Source: an uncultured Syntrophaceae bacterium (GTDB lineage Bacteria > Desulfobacterota > Syntrophia > Syntrophales > UBA6807). Taken from it: 64,000 nt of DNA. Of this stretch, positions 39,463 to 46,871 are shown in pieces; the first letter of the stretch is position 1; each line of letters opens with the position of its first letter. The stretch lies in contig CAZGAK010000007.1 in the NCBI GenBank assembly GCA_964523565.1, positions 306 through 64,305 of the forward strand, read 5' to 3'. A program made the position numbers and the translations under genes. Below the pieces are notes generated by a model, which was not told the DNA's origin, did not search any database, and saw only the letters and a program-made list of their open reading frames with translations.

Positions 39463-42400
39463 TTAAACTATAGCGAGCCTTTCAGTCGTTCTAATCAACT
39501 TACCAGGCATGGGATATTTCAAGCGCCAGATAATGCTCATGGGCCTTGAACCATCATGGCTAACATAGGTGGCCGGACCCAAAAAATAATAGGGCATGTT
39601 CAGGTTATTGTTTTTTTTGTCTTCCCGGACAAAGAGTAGCACCGTGCTGCCGCGGATTTCATGATTGGTGTAGCGCTGGCCAGTGGGCGACTTTTCAGAG
39701 GTCGTACTCTGAGACTGCCAATGGAATAAGTCCTCACTTATTGCATAGTCTTCATACATGGTAGTCGGGGAATAGTCCTTATCGGTCTTGTTGAGGGTGA
39801 TAAGAAACAGATCTGCATTGATAGCGTGCATGTATTTTACACCTTCGCGCATACTGGGCTGATGTGAGATCGTCCAATGACCCAGCGCGGATAAGATTTC
39901 ATCGCGGGTATAACGTGCATGTACATATAGCGGACAAACAAAAGGCAGCTCTGGTCTATGGACAATCGTATCTGTCCTTTCATATAAGTACTTCAACAGT
40001 TCCAGGAGTTCATTATATAATACTGGATTATTATGTAGGTCGTTAAATCCTTCTGATAGACTTTCGAACCGTAGGTTTTGCCCCCAGATGGACAGAGTCA
40101 GCATGGTCATTAGCCGCTCATCCTCAATGGCCAGCCTGTCGATAGCCCCCAAATTCCCTGCCAAAATATTCAGCAGTCGTTCAAGCTGAGGGGCACAGTC
40201 ATAATGAATTATCCTGCGCAACCCTTTGCTTAGACGCTTTTCGTCGGGTTCGGAAAAATCGGATTTTGCCCCCGCCTCGACACAAAGCCGCGACCAGGAA
40301 CCACGTTTATAAACGTCATCTAACCCAAGTCCATAATAATCCAGAAAGGCAGAAAGGGAAAGCTTACAACCAGTATCATTTTGAAAGGTTGCAATTCGTT
40401 GAACAAACCTGGACCTCGTGATATTTAATAGATTTTGCTTAATATTATCCAGGACATATTTCTGGGCATATTTTTCAAGCTTGATCACGCATCCCGAAGG
40501 CAAATGCGGGAAACCTTCTTTGATCTCTTTACTAATCCTGCGGGATGTCCTACCAGTAAGCGCAAGAAAGCGCTGCTCATAGTTAAAACGCTGGTGGGCC
40601 TGCCCCACAAAATCGAGCACTGTGAGGCATTCTTTATCATCATAAAGCCGCAAGCCACGGCCTAATTGCTGCAAAAATACAATCAGACTTTCAGTAGGTC
40701 GGAGGAAGAGCACCGTGTCAATCTCGGGGATATCGATTCCTTCGTTATAAAGATCCACCACGCAAATAAAGTTTATCTTACGTTCAACAAGCCTTCTCTG
40801 GACGGTATCGCGTTTATGTGGAGATGATTCTGCTGTGAGGACGTCAGCAGGTATGTTGGCATGATTGAATCTTTTGGCCATAAAGGCGGCATGATTTTGA
40901 CTGACACAAAAACAAAGCCCACGGGAATGGTGTACATCGAGCAAGGTCTCCCTTACCTTTCTGATAACAAGCTGGGCTCTGGCATCATTGCCGGTAAACA
41001 CCTTATCGAGTTCTTTTTGATCATAGCCACCTCTACCCCAAGTCATGTTCCTTAAATCAATCGACGTATCATCAGTTATTCCGAAATATTGAAACGGACA
41101 AAGCAGCTTGCTATTTATCGCATCGGGCAGTCGTATCTCGGCTGTAATATGGTTATCAAAATATTTTACTATATCCAGGCCGTCTGATCGTTCCGGGGTA
41201 GCAGTAAGCCCCAATAAAATTTTGGGCCGAAAATGGTTCAGCAGTTGTTGATAACTTGCGGCTGCTGCATGGTGAAACTCATCTACAATGATAAAATCAT
41301 AAAAATCAGGTGGGATAATATCCCATAAGTGTCTGGCGTTGAAGCTCTGGATAGAAACAAAAAGTTGTTCAAGACGGTCGGGCTCATGATTACCTACAAG
41401 AAGCTCACCAAAATTCTGATTGCGCAATATCGTGCGGAAGATACCCCGGCTCTGTTTCAGTATTTCCTCGCGATGGGCCACAAAGAGAAGCCTATCCTGC
41501 CTGTGTTCCTTTACTGATCGCTTATAATCAAAGGCTGCAACAACCGTTTTGCCTGTTCCGGTAGCGGCAACCACCAGATTTCGGTATCGTTTGTGCAACT
41601 TGCGGTCAGCTTCAAGTTTATCTAAGATTTCTTGCTGAAAGTGATACGGAGTTATATCAAATAAAATAATGCCCTCGTTATCTTCAGTATCTCTGGCTGT
41701 ACGTTCCTTGTTCAGGGCCTGTTTCAGGCGGTCTTTTTGCGATTTATCATAAACAGCAAACTCTCGATCATTCTGGTAAGTCTCAAATGTGGCGCAAATC
41801 TTGTTCCACAGATGCTCTGACTCGTACTGGCTGATCTTGACATTCCATTCCAGACCACTGGTAAGCGCTGGGTTAGAAAGATTAGATGAACCCACATAGG
41901 CCGTACCAAAACCACTGTTGCGGTGAAACATATATGCCTTGGCATGCAACCTGGTTCGCTTTGTGTCATAGGAAACCCATAGTTGGGTGTTGGGCAAACT
42001 TTGCAGGAATTCAATTGCTTTAAAATCCGTGGCGCCCAGATATGATGTTGTGATGATCCTGAGACGGGCATGCTTTTGCCTGGTGAATTCTTCTAATTCA
42101 TCCCTGAGTATTCGAATCCCACTCCATTTGATGAACGAGCATAGGATATCAACCCTGTCTGCATTGAGTATTTCCTGTTGCAACTGGGATACAAGGCTGG
42201 GGTCAGATGATGTGGCGGTAAGCAGACATCCAAAAGAAAGCGGTGTGTCCGGCCTTGGATAAATGGGAAGCATCGGGTCGTGTACTTCAAGCAGACGCTC
42301 TGCCGGCGATAAAAGCATGTCTGATTTATTATATCTGGCATTGTGTCTTTGAATTATCTCCAACAGATCATTATAGAGAGCTATATGATCCTCAGCATTT

Positions 42401-42576
42401 ATATCGGCCAGAGATCGGGCCAATATCCGTTGCATATGTCGAGCAATGATTTGGTGGCTTTCGCCAGGGTCTACTTTTCCGATCGTCACATCATGGTTCT
42501 GATTCTTGGCACCCTCAATTGCATTTTTCATAGAGTGGCTTATCAGTTCCTCATATATCCCGGGTTTTAATGTCAT
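39463..42576 (-). CDS. PLD-family nuclease / SF2 helicase / DUF3427 protein (SauUSI-like type IV restriction architecture)
   Basis: HKD motif LHAKAYMF...GTAYVGSSNLS and helicase motifs AATGTGKT, VDEFHH, LTATPER, QQLGRGLR. The C-terminus LFLITLNKTDKDYSPTTMYEDYAISEDLFHWQSQS...LLFVRE is recognised as DUF3427. ATG 42576 has RBS GAGGAG, and TTG 42591 is an alternative start. Confidence 0.8.
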   Translation of the reverse strand: MTLKPGIYEELISHSMKNAIEGAKNQNHDVTIGKVDPGESHQIIARHMQRILARSLADINAEDHIALYNDLLEIIQRHNARYNKSDMLLSPAERLLEVHDPMLPIYPRPDTPLSFGCLLTATSSDPSLVSQLQQEILNADRVDILCSFIKWSGIRILRDELEEFTRQKHARLRIITTSYLGATDFKAIEFLQSLPNTQLWVSYDTKRTRLHAKAYMFHRNSGFGTAYVGSSNLSNPALTSGLEWNVKISQYESEHLWNKICATFETYQNDREFAVYDKSQKDRLKQALNKERTARDTEDNEGIILFDITPYHFQQEILDKLEADRKLHKRYRNLVVAATGTGKTVVAAFDYKRSVKEHRQDRLLFVAHREEILKQSRGIFRTILRNQNFGELLVGNHEPDRLEQLFVSIQSFNARHLWDIIPPDFYDFIIVDEFHHAAAASYQQLLNHFRPKILLGLTATPERSDGLDIVKYFDNHITAEIRLPDAINSKLLCPFQYFGITDDTSIDLRNMTWGRGGYDQKELDKVFTGNDARAQLVIRKVRETLLDVHHSRGLCFCVSQNHAAFMAKRFNHANIPADVLTAESSPHKRDTVQRRLVERKINFICVVDLYNEGIDIPEIDTVLFLRPTESLIVFLQQLGRGLRLYDDKECLTVLDFVGQAHQRFNYEQRFLALTGRTSRRISKEIKEGFPHLPSGCVIKLEKYAQKYVLDNIKQNLLNITRSRFVQRIATFQNDTGCKLSLSAFLDYYGLGLDDVYKRGSWSRLCVEAGAKSDFSEPDEKRLSKGLRRIIHYDCAPQLERLLNILAGNLGAIDRLAIEDERLMTMLTLSIWGQNLRFESLSEGFNDLHNNPVLYNELLELLKYLYERTDTIVHRPELPFVCPLYVHARYTRDEILSALGHWTISHQPSMREGVKYMHAINADLFLITLNKTDKDYSPTTMYEDYAISEDLFHWQSQSTTSEKSPTGQRYTNHEIRGSTVLLFVREDKKNNNLNMPYYFLGPATYVSHDGSRPMSIIWRLKYPMPGKLIRTTERLAIV

Positions 42577-42593
42577 ATACTCCTCGATCAATA

Positions 42594-43127
42594 TTAAATG
42601 GTTCTGCTATTAAGAGCATCCATAAAAGGAGGTGCCTGCAGCCGTGCAGCTTCTCTAAGTGTTAAACGCCTGGATCGACCTATAACCGAATAAGCCTGAC
42701 AGGGTGGCCCCCCGATTAAAACCCATGTTTTTTTCCCGCAGAGTGATTTTTCAATTCGAGCGTCAACCTCTTCGGAAGAAGTTTCTCCCAAGGTTGCCCG
42801 CCAGGCTTCCTGCGAGGCAAGTTCAGCTTCATGGGGATACTTTTTGAACAGTTGAGTACGGGAGATTTCTCCACGAAGATGCATATAGTATTCGGCAGGT
42901 ACTGTTTTAGCAGAAAACTGTCTGAAAAAACTTCGGAGTTCAAGTGTCTTGTGTGCTTCGGGCTCTTTCTCGATGGAAAGGCAGATTTTGAAAACAGGAG
43001 GATCATTGTTGCGTTTTAATGCAGAAAAACCTTCTCCCAGGCCACCTGGCCCGGCAAAAAGATCAATGATTGGAATTATGTCATTTTTCATTGGCTCAAA
43101 TAGTGTAAATAAAAATCGAAACACCAT
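42594..43127 (-). pseudogene. C5-cytosine DNA methyltransferase remnant (motifs I-IV plus motif-X-like tail only)
   Basis: Contains DLFAGPGGLGEGF (motif I) and GGPPCQAYS (motif IV), then VIGRSR|RLTLREAARLQ and a stop. Motifs VI-IX and the TRD are absent, and the next gene starts 2-17 nt later. ATG 43091 is an alternative start. Confidence 0.7.
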
Positions 43128-43155
43128 CCCCGTGGACTGTTATGTTATTATTTCC

Positions 43156-43500
43156 TCATCCGAAAAAACAACCGTATGGATCTGTATCTATCTCTGCAAT
43201 CAACTCAGCAAGATATCGAGACGACTTAAGTGGGCCGTACGCGTGCCACTTCATATTGGCTCTTTGCCAGAATAGCTTCCAGACATTCTGGCTCCTTACA
43301 AATTTGAGTTTTGCGCAGGGCATCCCGGTTTGTTCATTTGGATCATTCCATTGAGGGCGAATTTCAAAAAGGATTACATCCTGATTTTCGATTTTATATT
43401 CATATCGCAATTTGTCTCTGATAGACTCAGGCGCCCTTTTTTTACATAACGCACCAACAAATTTGTTTATCTTGTATATCTCTATCTCTGTGAATACCAT
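43156..43500 (-). CDS. DUF3024 protein
   Basis: Family pattern IRPQW.DP....P.AK..FV.S...W.LFW.R...KWH.Y....DP.GCFFG, 114 aa. Confidence 0.7.
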   Translation of the reverse strand: MVFTEIEIYKINKFVGALCKKRAPESIRDKLRYEYKIENQDVILFEIRPQWNDPNEQTGMPCAKLKFVRSQNVWKLFWQRANMKWHAYGPLKSSRYLAELIAEIDTDPYGCFFG

Positions 43501-43530
43501 AATTTACTCTTTTCGTTTATAACATCTGCA

Positions 43531-43570
43531 TAAAATGAAAAACCCCGCCTCTGTTTAAGAGATACGGGGT
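43531..43570 (-). terminator. Intrinsic terminator-like hairpin 30-70 nt upstream of the DUF3024 start
   Basis: Minus strand reads ACCCCG-(internal loop, AGAG/CTCT, 5-nt loop)-CGGGGT followed by TTTTCATTTT. Confidence 0.6.
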
Positions 43571-43676
43571 CTTGTCACAATTATCTGCCATCTTCAGAGC
43601 CTTCTCGTGTTTAAGGAGAAAAGATCATTTGTTGTTTAGTGCATGGCACCCTTTTGTTTTTTGTTAAGACTTTTGC

Positions 43677-43705
43677 ATATTCAACAAAAAGCCGTGAAAT
43701 GTCAA
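43677..43705 (-). promoter_or_regulatory. Candidate sigma70 promoter inside the vapC-DUF3024 spacer
   Basis: Minus strand has TTGACA, a 17-nt spacer and GAATAT. It would start a ~140-nt RNA ending at the 43531-43570 hairpin. Confidence 0.35.
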
Positions 43706-43723
43706 GGGATATCAATATCTGTG

Positions 43724-43797
43724 GTTCAAGGTTCAAGGAAAAAGGAGCAAGGATATAAATACAATTTTGAATTCTTAATTCTTAATTTTGAATTAAC
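43724..43797. repeat. Two adjacent heptamer arrays (GTTCAAG family and AATTCTT family)
   Basis: GTTCAAG GTTCAAG GAAAAAG GAGCAAG GATATAA, then AATTTTG AATTCTT AATTCTT AATTTTG AATTAAC. Confidence 0.8.
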
Positions 43798-43898
43798 AGA
43801 CAAGGGAAAAACAAAGGATCATGGGAGTGCTCACAAAAAATTACCGGCAGGCATAACTCTGACACTGCCGTTAAATGTATCATTGCCCTTTTCAAGTG

Positions 43899-44303
43899 TT
43901 ATCTGATCCACTTCACATTGACCAGGTGCTCAACATGTTTGAATTCCGGATCACCGGTTACAATGACTGCAGAATTCTCCAATGCGCAGGCCACGACAAA
44001 ACAGTCGGCATATGCAATAGGGTATTCCGCCTTTATCTCTGCTGCCTTTAAAACAAGTGAATTTGGCGCGGGCAGAATTTCAAATGTAAGCTGGTTAATT
44101 CGGCCTAATATTTCCAATTTCTTCTGGTCTCCAAAGCGCCTCTTCACCGTATAGATAATCTCACCCATGTTGATGACACAGAGAAGGGGTTTGTTGCCGC
44201 GTTCTTTCGTTTTTATGAGAATATCTTCCACAATATCAGATCCGATTTCATCCTGAAAAAAGGCAAGGAGCGCGTGGCTATCAAAAAGATATGGACTGTT
44301 CAT
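43899..44303 (-). CDS. vapC: PIN-domain toxin (VapC family)
   Basis: N-terminus YLFDSHALLAF, a conserved Asp near the C-terminus (VTGDPEF), 134 aa. Confidence 0.85.
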   Translation of the reverse strand: MNSPYLFDSHALLAFFQDEIGSDIVEDILIKTKERGNKPLLCVINMGEIIYTVKRRFGDQKKLEILGRINQLTFEILPAPNSLVLKAAEIKAEYPIAYADCFVVACALENSAVIVTGDPEFKHVEHLVNVKWIR

Positions 44304-44531
44304 TTATGCAAAGTCCTTTTTTCTTTCATGGAGAAGTTCCACAGATAAAGACGGCTTTTTCGGAAGGCATCCCCTGGCGTCCTGCACGGGATTTTTCCCC
44401 GGAGGAACAAGATAGATAAAATTACCATACTCAAAAATATTGATGGAAGAACCCGGACGGATCCCGTATTTCTTCCTCAGTTTTGCAGGAATTACTATCT
44501 GGCCTTTCGCCAATACTTTAACAGTATTCAT
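44304..44531 (-). CDS. vapB: AbrB/SpoVT-type antitoxin (VapB)
   Basis: MNTVKVLAKGQIVIPAKLRKKYGI looped-hinge-helix motif. RBS GGGGA lies upstream of internal ATG 44531, and the gene abuts vapC. Confidence 0.8.
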   Translation of the reverse strand: MNTVKVLAKGQIVIPAKLRKKYGIRPGSSINIFEYGNFIYLVPPGKNPVQDARGCLPKKPSLSVELLHERKKDFA

Positions 44532-44630
44532 GATGAGTTCCCCTATCATGTTAAACATTTTTCCGTAATGTATAACCAATTTAAAGAAATGTCAAACGGA
44601 ATGTCTTTGATTCGGGGTAAGAGACAAGGA

Positions 44631-44668
44631 GTAAAAGAAAAGGGGTTGCGGATTCATCCACAACCCCT
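44631..44668 (-). terminator. Rho-independent terminator after tRNA-Pro(TGG)
   Basis: Minus strand reads AGGGGTTG-tggatgaatccg-CAACCCCT followed by TTTTCTTTT. Confidence 0.65.
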
Positions 44669-44677
44669 TGATTTTAC

Positions 44678-44754
44678 TGGTCGGGGCGGCAGGATTTGAA
44701 CCTGCGACATCTTGCTCCCAAAGCAAGCGCGCTGCCAGGCTGCGCTACGCCCCG
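44678..44754 (-). tRNA. tRNA-Pro(TGG)
   Basis: Acceptor CGGGGCG/CGCCCCG, anticodon stem CTTGC/GCAAG with loop TTTGGGA, T-loop TTCAAAT, encoded CCA. Confidence 0.95.
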
Positions 44755-44771
44755 ATACAGGTGCATCTAAA

Positions 44772-45368
44772 TTATTTAATACTTCGTTGCAAGCTTTTTT
44801 TCAGTTTATTGAAGGCTTCAGCCCGGTGACTGATTCGATTTTTAACATCAGGGCTGAGTTCGGCAACGGTACAGCCAAATTCAGGAACGATAAATACAGG
44901 GTCATAACCAAAACCTTCGTTCCCTGCAGGGTTTATGGATATCTTTCCCCGTAATGTTCCTTCAAATGATTCAGATGTTCCATCCGTGTTGAAAAGAACA
45001 AGAACACATTTAAAGGCAGCCCCCCTCTTTTCCATGGGAACGTCTTTTAATTCTTCTAACAGTTTCCGGATGTTTTTTTCATCATCCGCATCGGGTCCCG
45101 AGTATCTTGATGAATGAACTCCAGGCCTTCCTCCCAGGAAATCAACCTCCAAACCCGAATCATCGGCAATGACTACCTGACCGGTATGTTCCGAAACAAC
45201 CTTAGTCTTTTTTAAGGCATTTTCGAAAAAGGTTTTTCCGTCTTCTATAATTTCAGGGATGTCCGGATAATCACTTAGTGATAAGACTGCTATATTATAT
45301 TCTTCAAGTAATGCTTTAAGTTCTCTAAGTTTTCCCTTGTTTTCTGTGGCAAATACTATTTTCCTCAG
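44772..45368 (-). CDS. rdgB: Non-canonical purine NTP pyrophosphatase RdgB/HAM1, apparent CTG start
   Basis: Reading upstream of the track ORF gives (L)[20 protein letters not shown]...[22 protein letters not shown]. No ATG, GTG or TTG lies in frame between the upstream TAA and 45152. A CTG at 45368 has GGAG 7 nt upstream and overlaps the rph stop. Confidence 0.8.
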   Translation of the reverse strand: MRKIVFATENKGKLRELKALLEEYNIAVLSLSDYPDIPEIIEDGKTFFENALKKTKVVSEHTGQVVIADDSGLEVDFLGGRPGVHSSRYSGPDADDEKNIRKLLEELKDVPMEKRGAAFKCVLVLFNTDGTSESFEGTLRGKISINPAGNEGFGYDPVFIVPEFGCTVAELSPDVKNRISHRAEAFNKLKKSLQRSIK

Positions 45369-46087
45369 TTTATTTCTCCGAATATTTCTATCTGCTTTTC
45401 CGTAAGTTCCAATATTCCTCTGGTAGCAACATCTACCATTTTATCGAGCAGGTCCCGGCTGAAGGGAGCTTGTTCCGCAGTACCCTGAACTTCAATAAAC
45501 TGCCCTCCCCTCGTCATAACGAAGTTCATATCCACATCGGCTGTGGAATCTTCTTCATACGCGAGATCAAGCAGGATGTCTCCGTTTACAACGCCGACAC
45601 TGATAGCGGAAACAAAATCTTTAACGGGGACTTTCTCTACAATACCATCTTCCTTCAATTTGCGGAATGCATCCATCATGGCAATAAAAGCACCCGTAAT
45701 GGATGCCGTCCTCGTTCCGCCATCGGCCTGAATCACGTCACAGTCGATATACATTGTCCTTTCACCAAAGGAGTTTAAATCGGTTACGGCGCGAAGGGAT
45801 CGACCGATCAGTCTCTGGATTTCGTGTGTTCTTCCCCCAATTCTTCCCCGTACAGATTCCCTGATATTTCTCGTAGGTGTTGACATGGGCAACATGGAAT
45901 ATTCGGCAGTCAACCAGCCCCGGCCTGAATTTCTTAAAAATGGGGGAACGCTGTCTTCAAGTGAGGCGGTGCAGATAACCCTTGTGTTTCCTATTTCAAC
46001 AAGAACAGACCCATCAGGATGTTGAAGGAAATCCCTTGTTATTTTTATCTCCCTCATCTCATCCCATTTGCGACCGTTTGCTCTCAT
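45365..46087 (-). CDS. rph: Ribonuclease PH
   Basis: RPH signature ...[11 protein letters not shown]..., 240 aa. Confidence 0.95.
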   Translation of the reverse strand: MRANGRKWDEMREIKITRDFLQHPDGSVLVEIGNTRVICTASLEDSVPPFLRNSGRGWLTAEYSMLPMSTPTRNIRESVRGRIGGRTHEIQRLIGRSLRAVTDLNSFGERTMYIDCDVIQADGGTRTASITGAFIAMMDAFRKLKEDGIVEKVPVKDFVSAISVGVVNGDILLDLAYEEDSTADVDMNFVMTRGGQFIEVQGTAEQAPFSRDLLDKMVDVATRGILELTEKQIEIFGEIN

Positions 46088-46089
46088 AT

Positions 46090-46797
46090 TTAAGCTCCTG
46101 AGGTTGAAAAATATTCTTTGATACTCCTGCTTAACGCTTTAGCTATTAAACTTTGAGTTTCCTCATTCATCAGTTTTTTCCTGTCCTTAATATTCGTGGC
46201 AAATCCCAGCTCTATTACGACTGCAGGAATTGTTAACCCATCAAGGATCGGAATCGGTGCGTTCCGTAGCCCCCTGCCCTGTCGGGGAAAGACTTTCTCG
46301 ATATTTTTAATGGCGATCTGGGCAAATCGAACACTTTCGTTGAGATATCTGCTCCTTACCATATCGTTCACTATCTCACTTGATCCATCTCTTTTAGAGG
46401 GCGTCTTTTTAAATCCCGGGTAATATACTTCATATCCGGATGAACTCTTTCCAAAACCTGCATTAATACTAAGACTGATAAAAAGATCAGCCTTTAGTTT
46501 GGTTGCTACCTTTACCCTTTCTGGTGTGGAAACATTCTCATCTGTTGATCTTGTGAGATAAACTTTTATGTTTTTTGTTTTATTTAAATCTCCCCTTAAA
46601 CCCTTTGCAATGGCAAGTGTGACATCCTTTTCATAAAGATTCCTTGATAATTTTACTCCCTTATCGGTACCTCCATGAGCCGCATCAATTACTATTACAT
46701 ACTTGCCCCGCGGGCTTTCTCCCATTGCCGATAACCCGGAAAATGCCAGCAACAAGATTAAAATGGATAAAACTTTCTTATATAATCGCAGATTCAT
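46090..46797 (-). CDS. N-acetylmuramoyl-L-alanine amidase (Amidase_3)
   Basis: Signal peptide plus [12 protein letters not shown]...[10 protein letters not shown]...E motif set. Confidence 0.85.
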   Translation of the reverse strand: MNLRLYKKVLSILILLLAFSGLSAMGESPRGKYVIVIDAAHGGTDKGVKLSRNLYEKDVTLAIAKGLRGDLNKTKNIKVYLTRSTDENVSTPERVKVATKLKADLFISLSINAGFGKSSSGYEVYYPGFKKTPSKRDGSSEIVNDMVRSRYLNESVRFAQIAIKNIEKVFPRQGRGLRNAPIPILDGLTIPAVVIELGFATNIKDRKKLMNEETQSLIAKALSRSIKEYFSTSGA

Positions 46798-46871
46798 TCT
46801 CTATCGTTCCCCTTGTAAATAGCATCCGTCAGGTGAATGCTTCATACAGCAACTCCATCATGACTGTCAAT

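Noticed and set aside
41724-43006. Alternative-frame ORFs inside the helicase and MTase-remnant genes (41724-42071, 42093-42341, 42716-43006). These were checked as a possible home for the missing methyltransferase domains.
   Set aside because: None shows ENV, QRR or TRD-like sequence, and they are off-frame readings of the supported genes.
43643-43906. 87-aa plus-strand ORF in the vapC-DUF3024 spacer.
   Set aside because: It runs through two heptamer arrays, is antisense to the predicted leader, and has no RBS and no domain signal.
36500-44700. Direct repeat of the tRNA-Pro(TGG) 3' end (att-like duplication) and an integrase gene for the island.
   Set aside because: Neither was found by eye. 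The only other GGATTTGAACC-containing sequence is the separate tRNA-Pro(GGG) at 17.9 kb. This needs a computational search, so no att site is claimed.
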